DNA of 64,000 nt, taken from NCBI GenBank assembly GCA_023920165.1, contig CP089276.1, positions 3,720,001 through 3,784,000 of the forward strand, in the 5' to 3' direction. Source of the DNA: Curvularia clavata (taxonomy: Eukaryota). Shown here piece after piece: positions 13,185 to 24,354 of the stretch; position 1 is the stretch's first letter, and each line of letters opens with the position of its first letter. The notes under the pieces were generated by a model. That model was not told the DNA's origin, searched no databases, and worked only from the letters and a program-made list of their open reading frames with translations. The position numbers and the translations under genes were made by a program.

Positions 13185-14025
13185 ATGACGTTAGAGGAAC
13201 AGCACAGGTGTCCTTTGCTAAAGCATACAAAACATGCTAAACTGCAGCTTGGCCTTCCCCGCCGGGGAGAGAAGTTGTCAGGTCACGACGAGAGCTAGTG
13301 GCGTCAATCGTGCATGATTCACATGATGGAAAGTGGGATTCTCGGTGAGCATTGTATATCCCGCAAACCAGCGCAGCGAACGTCTGGGACGGATCTCGAT
13401 CAGGTCCCACAGATGACGTTTGCTGTTCAGAACCCTCGGCCGGTCTCTCTTGCATCCGACTACTGTTGCACCGAGAGTAGGAGAAGGTTTACTGGTATCA
13501 CGTGAGTCCATGGAGATGGTCGGGTAAGTCCGTAGGCAACAGCTTTTCGGAAGGCAACGTCTCTGAGCGTCTGGGCGACCTGTACGCCTACAGTAGCCGC
13601 ACGTTGGCGCACTGCAGCGCGTGACACGTAGGCCTTTACAGCAAAAGCGATTGCGTGCATGTTCGGGTTGCAGTACACGATGGGCCAGCCGCGGTTGAAA
13701 TATGTGACGTCAAAAGAGGGGCAGAATCAGGTACGCCGCAAATACGCTAAAACCCATGACGCGATCCGCATCAGATTCGACGATCGACAGTGGCATTTTG
13801 GCAAAAAAGCCGCCCCTCTGGCCCTCGAGCTTTGGCATTTGTCGCTTTTTGCCCTTTACGCGGCCAGCGGGCCCCGTCCCCACTGCTGCAGTTGGATGGG
13901 GGTCTGGCCCTCTCAGCTCAAGCTCGCTCCTCGCTCTTCGGGCGCTAGCGTCACTCCCGCGCCTTCCCTTACTCACCTGCACCCGTCGTTTTCTCTCTGG
14001 CAGTGACGTATGTTTTTTGACGTCA
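13185..14025 (+). promoter_or_regulatory. Cluster of CRE/ATF-like sites upstream of grg1
   Basis: TGACGTCA at 13705-13712 and 14018-14025; ATGACGT at 13185 and 13413; TGACGTA at 14004; TATA-like TTAAATA near 14079. Confidence 0.5.
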
Positions 14026-14190
14026 TTCCTTTTGTTTTACCCTCACTAGCCTCTCTCTCACCTACCCCTCTGCTCTAGTTAAATACCACGTCTATCCACC
14101 CTACCATTGACTTCTCCATCACACCACTCAACTCAATCTACTACTTTACAAACCACCACCTTCAAACCAAATCTTCCAACCACATTCAAA

Positions 14191-14460
14191 ATGTCTGCCC
14201 CCAACACCAACAACCCCAACGAAGGCATCGTCGGCCAGGCCGTCAACTCCGTCAAGAACGCCGCCAACTACGTCTCCGAGAGCGTCCAGGGCGCTACCGC
14301 CTCTGCCAACAAGGAGGCCAACAAGGAGCAGATGAAGGGCAATGTCCCCGGAAACGACAGCCTCGGTGACCGTGTCTCCGGTGGCCTCAACGCTGCCAGC
14401 GACAAGATCAACGAGAAGAAGCACGACACTGCTGCCGATGCCAACAAGCACTCCATCTAA
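14191..14460 (+). CDS. grg1: Glucose-repressible protein Grg1/Ccg-1 family (small hydrophilin), 89 aa
   Basis: VKNAANYVSESVQGATASANKEANKE...DRV...AASDKINEKKHD matches the Grg1 pattern. CAAAATG Kozak context and strong codon bias. Confidence 0.85.
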   Translation: MSAPNTNNPNEGIVGQAVNSVKNAANYVSESVQGATASANKEANKEQMKGNVPGNDSLGDRVSGGLNAASDKINEKKHDTAADANKHSI

Positions 14461-15731
14461 ATGGTGTTGATACCCTCTAGCTCGGACTTTTCTCTTCGGT
14501 ACGCTCAAACACTGCACCTCTACTTTGGCGTGCATCAGGCTAACCATAGGCAAAGGACCAGAACGATACCACACTACTATGGATTAAGGCGAGAGCACTG
14601 TGTCTCTCTGCCGCCCTTTTACGAATAATATGACTTAATTGACACGAGATACCAATACAACCTTCTGTCATCAAGATTTATGCCCGCTTCTGACTGCAAT
14701 TGTGCTTGTGATGTTTGCAATGTGATGTTTGACGTGCATGGATGAGTGACGGGCTTTGTTCAAGATGGTGTTAGTGGCTGGCTAGTGGATAAGCTAGTGG
14801 AACCCAAACTTCAGGTATGTTGAGACTGACACATGACATCGGGGTGTGTTTGTTTATGGCAACTAACATTTGCGTAGTCCTACATGTTGAGTACCGTAAA
14901 CACACACCTGCAGTATACGAGAAGCCCGATACAAGTATCACCAGTATCCAACATCTAACATCACACCACTAATCACACGGTCATGCAGAGCAAGAGATGG
15001 AATGCAAGGAGCTTAACACAATGATGGATATCTGGGGAAAATCGACTATAAAACTAGCATGAGGTGGGGGTATTCGATGTAAGCAACAAGGAAACAAAGA
15101 AGACTAGTTCCAGCAGAAAGGAAAAGGAAAAGGCTAGGAAAGCCTCGTATCGTCCTCAAATACACGTCCATTTCCACGTTCTCTACTCAACGCTCCATTG
15201 GGGGTATGTCTCATCGTCGTCAACGGCATCATTCTTGTAACGTTGGTATATCTCGGGGGGGGGGGGGGGGTTTCGTTTTTTTCGTTTGATTTAAGGGGTT
15301 CATCGTGGTCGAAGTTATCGTGTTTGGTGTGGGAAAAAGTAGGGGTTAAGGCGAAGGGTTTGTTTGATAGGAAGGTGGTGGAGCCAAAGAAGTCGCCGTC
15401 ATCGGACTAATCGGATCTGTAGAAGCGGACGAGGGGTTTGCCGGTTGTGTCGTAAGATGTGTGTTCAGAGACGCCGGGCAGCAAAAGGGGCAGCAGGTAG
15501 CGATAGCCGTAGTTGGAGAACGCGGTCTTGGAATAGTCGTTGGTCCCTAAGCAACCGTATGTGGTCCGTCGCTCAGCCTCGCCTCTTCAATATCTCGGAT
15601 ACGCGGCGGTCGAACTGACTATATCGTAACCCAAGGACAAAGTCAGCAAGCAAGTTCAAACGCGCACTTTAGCATCTGGCCTCTTCTCTTCCTTCTCCCC
15701 CGACCAGAGGACAAAGGTCAAATCAGAAGAC

Positions 15732-16259
15732 CTAGACATGCTGCGGCGCGCGTCCCGTATGCGTAGTCCTTGCCTTCCTGGCCCTCCAAAACAACGCCGC
15801 GCCCACCACGGCCGTAATAAACCATAGGACGACGTTGGTCAATAGGACCCAAACGCCGTTCTTCATGCGCGTCACCCCCTTGTTGCCTTCTGGATCCTCG
15901 CCAATATACATGCGCCCAAAGATGCCAAACGCAACCAGAAAGCAAATAAACACGACCACATCCACTGCGAAAAAGAACCACGCTTTGGCAAACGGCAGCA
16001 TGAAGATGAGCGACACAAAGGATCCCAACGACCCGCAGACTACGGCCCACACCCATTTGGTGTCGATGTAGACGTGTGCTTTGCGTGCGTTGTCCAGGTC
16101 GACTGCGTACATGCCGATGACGGTGAGGCCCATGACGAACTGGAAGAGGCGCAGGATCAGCCGTAGGATGGTGGTCGGCGTGAACGAGGCACGCAGTGTG
16201 GTTCCCAGCGTGGCTTTTTCACCTCGCAAGGTGCTATTTGAGAGGAATTTGAAGCCCAT
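15732..16259 (-). CDS. MARVEL-like four-TM membrane protein, 175 aa
   Basis: RLFQFVMGLTVIGMYAVDL, KWVWAVVCG, four hydrophobic segments and RMKNGVWV.LTN..LW, typical of fungal MARVEL proteins. Confidence 0.75.
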   Translation of the reverse strand: MGFKFLSNSTLRGEKATLGTTLRASFTPTTILRLILRLFQFVMGLTVIGMYAVDLDNARKAHVYIDTKWVWAVVCGSLGSFVSLIFMLPFAKAWFFFAVDVVVFICFLVAFGIFGRMYIGEDPEGNKGVTRMKNGVWVLLTNVVLWFITAVVGAALFWRARKARTTHTGRAPQHV

Positions 16260-17476
16260 GGTTGTCGAGGGGACTGCGTGTCGTGTGTTAGTGCGACTGA
16301 ATTTATAGATGAACAGAAGAGCGCTTACTTTTGTTGTTGTAACTTTTGTTGTTAATTCAACAGAATGTGGTAGATGTGTTATCGTAGGTGGTAGGAATGC
16401 TCTCAGTTTTCTTAGGGGAGGTAAGGTGCGTTGTTAGGGATCACGCTTTCTATGACCCAACCTTGGTAATTCACAGCGCTGTTGTTTGCGACAGCCGTGA
16501 ATCTTCCTCTTTTTTTTCAACAAACAAAAAACACAGTGTTCTTCCCTTTGTGTAAGTGCAATTTCCACGCCCTTCACAGAGTCCGAACGAGATCGAGATC
16601 GGGGGGTTGTCACTGGATGTGGGGAGTGCGCGCGGGGGGTTTAAACAAGGTTGTCCAGCAAGCCTCAGGCTATGACGTCGATTCTGGGATATGGCTTGGA
16701 GACTTGGAGACCCTTTTTTGCCAGGGCCAGAGAGGCGTTATGCTCGTTTTGTCTAATGATCAGCAGGGCCGAGAGGTGGGAAGACGGCCGGTTTGTGCGC
16801 CACAAGGTTTGCGATCAAGGGATCCCGGGTAGACTGATAGGAGATATTCAGGAGAAGGGGATAGCGAGCGACTATCAAAGCCGACGGTAATGTACTATGT
16901 AAGAGAAGGAGAAGAAGAAGAGGGTGTGATAACGACAGCAACAACCACGACATAGTTGTGACTGCACGCGAGAACTGAGATATAAACGCCACAGACATCG
17001 GGACCACTTTGTCTGCCTCACATGGCTGCCATCACGCAGGCATTCGTTGGCGCTCCGTTGCCCTAATCCAGCGGTGCAGCCCAGCCGGACCCTGTTTCTA
17101 GCACGGCGCTTGTAGAACGTGTCGCTGACGTCGTTGGCGGCAGATATGGAGCCGTGTCTAGTGCAGGGGTGCGTGTCTGCCATGATTGGCCCGCAGCACT
17201 CGAGTTGCTATTGACCGAAACACAACTCAGCAAGGTTTCAACTTTGTTCTGGTTTCAGGAAATGGGATATCTGGGTGGCGCAGGGCGCAGGGCGTTGCAC
17301 TCGATTTAGAGTACCGGATTTCTGGGTCGTTGGGGTGCATCGGCCCCTAAATGCTTCTCCTAAAGGCCATAGTCTTTCATAGCGCACTGGGAACCAATAC
17401 CACCTTGCGTTCTTATGTAACCATTACTGCATCGAAATAAATCGTGTCTGTTTTGTTTCTAGCTAACTACCACACC

Positions 17477-18516
17477 TCATGGGCTCGAGTACTTGTAACC
17501 ATACTGCTCCTTGGCAGCGTTAATCTGCTCCGTGAGCTTCTGTTCCTTCTCTGCAAACTCCTTATCATCCTTGAGCTTCTGTAAGTATGCCTCGTTGCTG
17601 AATCCACTCTTGCTCGGAACATTGAGACCTCTCTGCACCGCCGGTCGAGCGAGGATCCTCTCCAGCCACTTCTTCACGTTGGGGAATGCCTCGAGATCGA
17701 TGCCCGAGAAGCGCAGCATGTTGCACCATCCCACGCTAGCAATGTCGGCGATGCTGAACTTGTTGCCTACCAGGTAGTCGGTGTTGGCTAGGTGCGAGTC
17801 TAGGATACCAACTAGGCGCTCCGTCTCGCCCGTGTAACGTTGCATTGCGTATGGTATACGCTCTTTGGCGAAGCGATTGAAGTGGTTGGCCTGGCCTTGC
17901 ATGGGACCAAGACCGCCGTGTTGCCAGGCCATCCATTGCTCTGCGCGAGACACATCAAGGGGGTCAGTGAAGCTAAACTTGTGCTCAGGGTCGTAGTGGC
18001 GCGTCAAATAAGTGAGAATTGCTGGCGTGACGTTAGCATCCTGTTTACGTGGTGTGCTCTAGCATAGACGTACCGAGGCCTTCTTGTACAGCAAAACCGC
18101 CCTGGTCGTGGTCTACAATGACTGGAATTCGGCCATTGGGGCCTAGCTTGGTGAACCACGGCTCCTTCTGGGTGTTCTTGCTGATGTCTATGCTCTGGAA
18201 GGTATATTCTTTGCCATATGCTTCCTTGAGCTCCTCGAGCATGATGCTCGCCTTCCAGCCATTGGGTGTGCCCTGAACCAGTCAGCAATTGGCCGTACCT
18301 AAAGCAATTTGGTCACCATACAGCAGTGAGCAATTCAATGCCCTTGTTTGCGATCAATCCCTTGGGTTGGTTATCCGCCATGTCTGCTGGTGTGTTCAAA
18401 AGTGGTCTCGAAATGTGGAAATGCGATTTAGGCGTAAATTGCGGTTGGCGTATACGGGCGGAAGCGCGAAGCGTATATCTAAGCTGCGAGGCGATGCGCA
18501 GGTGTAATAGTGACAT
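17477..18516 (-). CDS. Glutathione S-transferase, Ure2/GST-II (Nu-like) class; introns 18273-18321 and 18022-18073; second in-frame ATG at 18381
   Basis: [39 protein letters not shown] and FSIADIA motifs. Confidence 0.9.
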
Positions 18517-19385
18517 ATGGAAAGGCTAAACACTGCGCGTTGACGAGGGGTTATATGCATGTGGAGAGCTTCTTCATAGCTGAAATTGCTTAGGAATCCA
18601 TGACGTCGCCGTCCGCCCGCTTTCGCACGTAATGTCTGGCCGCATCCCCACCTTCGAAATACATTACACTGTGGAGAACGCCCAAGCGGTACTGCAACCC
18701 GCAAATTTTACTAATCAACATGTTGGTTATTCTTCAGGTGCCTTGCTGCATTGTAAGCAATTGCCCGCTTACTGAGCAGCTCGGCCTCACCAACTGCAAC
18801 ACCGAGAAGGAACAGCCCTGTATTCAGCTTAATCTATCCAAAAAAAAGCGCTCTGAATCAAGCTTCTACAAAGCGTCTGCGGTTAGCAAGCTGTGCGGTC
18901 TCCTCTAACTATGATTGGATGTTTCGCATCAGCTTGCATTTCCCCACGATAATGCAACGCCTAAGTCGGATCTGAGCTTCATGTTGATTGTCTGCAGGTA
19001 GCTAAGTTGCTCAAGATGTTGATTCACACCACGACGTCCATCCACTACTACTATTGTTCCTGCTTGGTATTAACCAACAGATGTTCGCTCACTAGATAGT
19101 TGTCTACTCCAATGCGCCTTTGGCAGGTCGGCGTCTTACGTGCATCTTCAGGCCAAGACTGTATAATCGTGCAGCAGGTCAATAAAACTGCAACGTTGAC
19201 CACCTACTACAAACATGGCTGGTTCTGGGTGATTCTTGTCCTGCGCCTCGTCGCCTGCTGCGTTCTAGGCCTTACACCATCTTTTCCTTGTACGAAACCC
19301 AGCTGAGTGCTGATTCTATCATAGCCGTCTGTGACCAAGAGATTGGGAAGCATTAATTCACCGCCCACATGTCTGTATCCTGTCA

Positions 19386-20315
19386 TCATCTCCGCCGGCT
19401 GCGATCTCCACTGGCCTGTTGTGCTGCCTGCTGGGCAGCCTCGTGTCCCAGCTCACTCCGCAACGCCTTGAGCTTCGCCTCGACCTCTTCCTTCTTCTTC
19501 GCCTCCTTCTCCAACTGCTTGTCCACCTCTTCAATCTTCGCCTTGAAGAAATCTTGCAAGGCCTGCTCTTGCTCCTGACTGAAAGGCACGTCGTCTGCGC
19601 CTTTTTCAGGCAGCTGTGCACTCCTCTCTCCGTTCGGTAGGCCGCGTTTGAGTCTTCCGTTCGCACCAAGGGAGGCCTTCTTAGAGCCTCCCTTGCCAGG
19701 CGGTATGAGATAGTTCCACTGGTCTTCCGATGTGAGTGCGTCGAAGAGCGCTTCAGTAGGTTCGTTAAATTGCACCACTTCGAGAAACTCAGAGCGCACG
19801 CAGCCGGTCCGCTCCTGCTCTGCTTGCATCTTTTCGTCACCATACTTTTCCAGTTGCAGGAAGTGCTGCCTGTACTGTGCTTTTTCGCCCGATATGGGCT
19901 GAAAATGCAGTCTTATGTCGATGTTGAAGCCTCCCCATCCTGTCTCGGTGACCTCGAACGGCGGCTTTTCAACCATGCGCAGGGGGTTTTCGTAAGTGTT
20001 GAAGATCTTGAACGAGACCTTATTGAGCCATGCTCGGATATCGGGATCGCCTTCGGGTACTCGGACGTATACGGTCCAGCGTTTTGTGTGGTCATCGGGG
20101 ACATTCTTGGGTCGATCGGGGTGGCCCACTGGAGGTAATTGCCAGGCTTCTGAGCCGATTACTAGAAGCGTGAGCGCATGGTTGGAGGCGTTAGATGGGT
20201 CTATTTACTGAGGTTGCGACTTATGCGCTTGTTCTGTCCGCGGTCAGTATGCAGTTTTCGGGACGACGCGCAAGTTGCTTGCCTTTACGCGCTTGTTGGA
20301 CGCGGGAGCAGGCAT
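19386..20315 (-). CDS. YAF9: YEATS-domain protein Yaf9 (NuA4/SWR1 subunit); introns 20234-20282 (GC-AG) and 20162-20208
   Basis: HTKRWTVYVR, KVSFKIFNTYENPLR.VEKPPFEVTETGWGGF, H.LQL..YG and EVVQFNEPTE, plus a C-terminal coiled coil. Confidence 0.9.
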
Positions 20316-20686
20316 TTGGAGCTGCGCAGCCTATTGCGCGATCGTGAATTCAGATGGACTGTGGTCGCAGTCAAAGTTTGGTATCGGGATTGTTCAGGCT
20401 ATGCGACTATAACGCAAGCGACGGTTCGAATTGCGCAGAAAGTAGGGTGTATGGATAGTGATGGTACAGCGAGATTCTGGGTTAGCAGCTAGCCCAGGTC
20501 AGCCCTACGCACGAGCCAGGATCATCTCGAATGCTCCACATTCAGTACTGTCGTCGAACGTTAATTGAACATACAAGCAATTATCTAACGTACAACTGGG
20601 ACGTTGGAATTTAGATTCACATAGACAAGAGCAAAAGAGTAAAACTATTCCCGATCAAGAACTCAAAACCCAGTGCACGACACACA

Positions 20687-21035
20687 TCACTTCCCGCCTC
20701 CGCCTCTCTTCTCGTCTCGTGTTCTTTCATTGTACAACTTTTCCTGTTTCCCAGCATTCCGCTTTCCTTCGATCCTGTCGAGTGAATCTTCAATCAACCC
20801 GACATGGCCACGTATCGTTCCCTCAATTTCATCCAACCTCGCCTCCTGCTCTTCCTCCATATGATCTAGTTTCTTTTCAACTCTCGAGCCTACCGTGTAA
20901 ACTTAGTATTTCGGTAATAATGAAAATGAATGCCTGGAATGTTGAATTACCTAGGAGCATGGCGACGCCACCTAGTACAGTGAGGTTCGTGCCCACGAGG
21001 ACAAAATCGTTCTTGAATAGGTTACGGAGCGCCAT
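20687..21035 (-). CDS. Small hypothetical single-pass membrane/coiled-coil protein, 95 aa, 2 exons (intron 20890-20950)
   Basis: CATCATGG start, GTAATT donor, CTAAG branch and TAG acceptor. The spliced frame stays open: MALRNLFKNDFVLVGTNLTVLGGVAMLLG-SRVEKKLDHMEEEQEARLDEIEGTIRGHVGLIEDSLDRIEGKRNAGKQEKLYNERTRDEKRGGGGK*. Confidence 0.65.
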
Positions 21036-21538
21036 GATGCGTTAATAGCAAGTAGTGATAAGGCAGCAAAGGCAATATTGCATGTGAAAGTTACTGGAGC
21101 ACCTAAGATCTTAACAGCGCTCAAGGTTACTGATGGTGCTTTCGACACTAGCATCACGAGATCATGACGACATGAATTGTATGTGGAGGACCACGCCAAA
21201 GACGGAAATCATCGCATCACTGTAAAAAAAAAGTATAAGATCGAATTCAATCACATCGAAAACGTTGGTCTTCACATTCCAGCCTTAGACGGAGTTATTA
21301 TGAGACAATAGTCCACTTGCAGAGCGCGGAGGTTCCCAGCATCTCCGCACACCCCTGCTCAGCCCTACGCGACTCACGCGAAGCCGAGTGACATCAGCAC
21401 TAGAAGCTTCCGATCACGCATCCTCTGCACAAACTCCAGGTCTTCAGGCTTCACAACACCAATCTGCTTTTCGCTACGCATCGATTGACAGGAGTTACAA
21501 AAACACAACCGTCATCCAGCTTGTAGCGAGGTGCACCA

Positions 21539-22604
21539 ATGGCTTCCGCGTCAGCAGCGAAAAGAAAGCTTGTGGTTTGTGGTGGTAACGGCTTTCTAGG
21601 TATGCATTTGCTCTATCTATGCAACTACAGCCCGAAATAACATCCCAATGGCAAACTAACGTCCACCATAGGAAGCCGGATATGCAAAGCAGCAGCTCAT
21701 AGAGGATGGAGCGTAACTTCGATATCGTAAGCTTCGACCTACCTACTTCACTTCGTATCGCGCATGCTAAAGCAACAGCACAGTCGCTCCGGCAATCCAC
21801 ACTGGGCCTCTGTGTCGTCGTCGCAAACGCCTCCCGAATGGGCCGAAAAAGTATCATGGCAAAAAGGCGACATCATGGATCCAGCATCGTACACGCAGCA
21901 CCTCGAAGGCGCCGACGCAGTCATACACAGCATGGGCATACTCTTGGAGGCAGACTACAAGGGCGTCATCAGCGGACGTGAGAGCCCGATCAAAGGCTTG
22001 CAAAGAGCCTTCAGCAGCACCAAGGCAGGAACGCAGAACCCTCTGGCCCGGAAACAAGGGGAGAAGCTGCAACCGCAGGAAAAGGATGGTCAACTCACGT
22101 ACGAGGTCATGAACCGGGACACAGGTGAGATATCATGGAATTGCTTTTGTTCTATACGTAAACTAACTGGGCAAAAAAGCGGTTTCCCTCGCTCAAGAAG
22201 CATCGACGCGAAAAGTACCCAACTTTGTCTACATCTCTGCTGCAGCCGGAACACCCATCCTCCCCGCCCGCTACATCACAACAAAACGCGAAGCTGAATC
22301 TATCATCTCCACAACCTTCCCTACCATGCGTTCAATCTTCATTCGTGCACCTTTCATGTACGACAGCAGCCGGTCTTTTACTCTGCCCATTGCAGCGGCT
22401 GGTGGTGTCGCGAGCATGATCAACAGCGCCGTAGGAGGCCGATTGACATGGCTGATGGGTGCAGGAGGTATCAAGCCCTTGAAAGCGGACCTCGTCGGCG
22501 AAGCAGTTGTAGAGGCCCTGGAAGACAATGATGTCCGGGGGCCCGTGGAAGTACCGGAGATTGAGAGACTGGGTACAAGAGCGTGGAGGAAGAACATGTT
22601 GTGA
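21539..22604 (+). CDS. COQ11: Atypical SDR/NAD(P)-binding protein, ubiquinone biosynthesis Coq11 (YLR290C)-like; 4 exons
   Basis: KLVVCGGNGFLGSRICKAA, SISRSG.P, AVIHSMGILLEADYK, TYEVMNRD, YISAAAG.P.LP.RYITTKREAE and RAPFMYD.SR. Confidence 0.8.
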
Positions 22605-22752
22605 AGAAGGCGAGACGTGTGGAGGAAGGATGTGGGTATACTGAACTGGGCAGCCTCTAGAGCTGAATGTACCCTCTATTGTTGCGCGGCATTTACAACT
22701 GTAAAGTGCGCCAAAACATAACGCCAAAAGCCTGTTGCAATATCATCCAAAC

Positions 22753-24354
22753 TCACTTCTTACGGCTGCCTGCGCTGACGAGTTTCTTCTTCATATGCTT
22801 GGGCATCTTTTCCTTTCGCTTTTCACGCTTTTCTTCCTTGATTGCTTTCTTGTGTGCCACCTTCTCGTCATGGTCCATGTGCTTCTTTCCACGGCTTGGG
22901 CCCTTTTCAAAGATACTCTGGTCCACCTCGGATGTGTCTGAGCTTCCATCGTCGGAACCAGTGTCTGCATTTGACGCATCAGAAGCATTGTTGACGACCT
23001 TGTCAGCAAGAAGGGCCTGGTATGGCAGATCAGAAGCAGCGCCTGCGTTGACGAGCTCAGCGTCACGCTCAATGTCGTAGACCTGATCCAGCGTCTGTGG
23101 AATGTACTGGTTGCGGAAAACCTCGTCATCTTCGTCCTCCTTCTTCCTCTCTTCTTCAGTCAGAGGCTGCTTATTCAACAAGCCGCGGATCATCTCCTCA
23201 ATCTGCAATACCTCCTTCATATCCTTTGCGCCTGTTGCACCAGTAACGAATCCGTAGGCCTTGCGTTCGCTGAGAGTCTCGACATTGCGCGAACGGAAGA
23301 AGTCGGACACATTTTTGAGATCCATACGCAGAAACTCGAGCGAGCGTGGGTGATCGTGCTCAACAGCTTGCGATACGTCGATCATCCATTGCTTACCGTC
23401 GTGGTACAGAACGTTGTACTCGCTCAGATCGGCGTGAACAAGGCGGCATGTTTGGTACAGTACGCGAACATAGGCCATCATCTGAACGTAGAGATCGGTC
23501 CATTTTGCGTCCTCCTCTTCAGCAGTCAAGCCCTCGAAGCGCACATCCTTGAGTCGCGGCGCTGCCTTGCCTTTTCTATCGCCTACAAGGCCCATGACCA
23601 GAACGTGGTTTCTCAGGGCGTAGACCTCGGGCGAAGGAATACCAGCATCATGTATCCTAGCCAGATTCCTGCGCTCCTTGTCTGCCCACATTCTCACCAT
23701 GGCGCGGTTGTTGCTCTTGTTGTATCCTTGCCTGAACCTGAACTCGCCCTCGACATACTTTGCACGATCTTTGAAAACGAGAATAGAAGTTTTGTAGACC
23801 TTGACGGCGCGATGGACTGGGGCCCCGCCTTCCTCTGACGGCTCGCACATAGCGTGGTAGACATTTGCCTCTTTGCCGGTGGAGATGACACCGTGAAGTT
23901 CTGAAATGACGCCGCGGTTTATGAGTTGTAGGAGAATCATTTGCGTCCTTCGATCCAGCACCTGTTCCGTCGTCGCGCGGTCGGCCTTGTCCTTGTCCCT
24001 CGCATTGCCTCCGGACGCACCGGTCATCTTTCCGGTAAGGCGAATTTTGCTTGCATGCTTTGCGAGGGAGGCAACCTGATCATCGATGGAGGCATTTGTG
24101 TTTGCCGACGGCTTCTGTGGGTTCGATTTGGGCTTGTGGTCGTCTGGAATATTCGGGTCGTTCAGCTTTCGTTGGCGGTTGTAAGCCTTTGTGAAATCGG
24201 CATGGTCGCCAGAAATTAATTCTGGCACTATCTCGTCATCGTCGAACAAATCGTCAATATCGTCGTCGATTTGTTCCTCTGCGGGATTCTGCTCGGCATC
24301 GTGAATTTGCGGGGGCTGTTGCTCTGGTACCTCGACTTCGTTTGTGGTCGCCAT
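22753..24354 (-). CDS. RIO1: Serine/threonine kinase Rio1 (40S maturation), intronless
   Basis: DRATTEQVLD.RT, ISTGKEANVYHA, KVYKTSILVFKDR, LVHADLSEYN, IDVSQAVEHDHP and a Lys-rich tail. The first ATG is at 24354; the ORF-track start is a GTG. Confidence 0.95.
   Translation of the reverse strand: MATTNEVEVPEQQPPQIHDAEQNPAEEQIDDDIDDLFDDDEIVPELISGDHADFTKAYNRQRKLNDPNIPDDHKPKSNPQKPSANTNASIDDQVASLAKHASKIRLTGKMTGASGGNARDKDKADRATTEQVLDRRTQMILLQLINRGVISELHGVISTGKEANVYHAMCEPSEEGGAPVHRAVKVYKTSILVFKDRAKYVEGEFRFRQGYNKSNNRAMVRMWADKERRNLARIHDAGIPSPEVYALRNHVLVMGLVGDRKGKAAPRLKDVRFEGLTAEEEDAKWTDLYVQMMAYVRVLYQTCRLVHADLSEYNVLYHDGKQWMIDVSQAVEHDHPRSLEFLRMDLKNVSDFFRSRNVETLSERKAYGFVTGATGAKDMKEVLQIEEMIRGLLNKQPLTEEERKKEDEDDEVFRNQYIPQTLDQVYDIERDAELVNAGAASDLPYQALLADKVVNNASDASNADTGSDDGSSDTSEVDQSIFEKGPSRGKKHMDHDEKVAHKKAIKEEKREKRKEKMPKHMKKKLVSAGSRKK

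Noticed and set aside
12396..13186. Several 70-130 aa ORFs between RSR1 and grg1
   Set aside because: No recognisable motifs, no codon bias and no consistent splice model.
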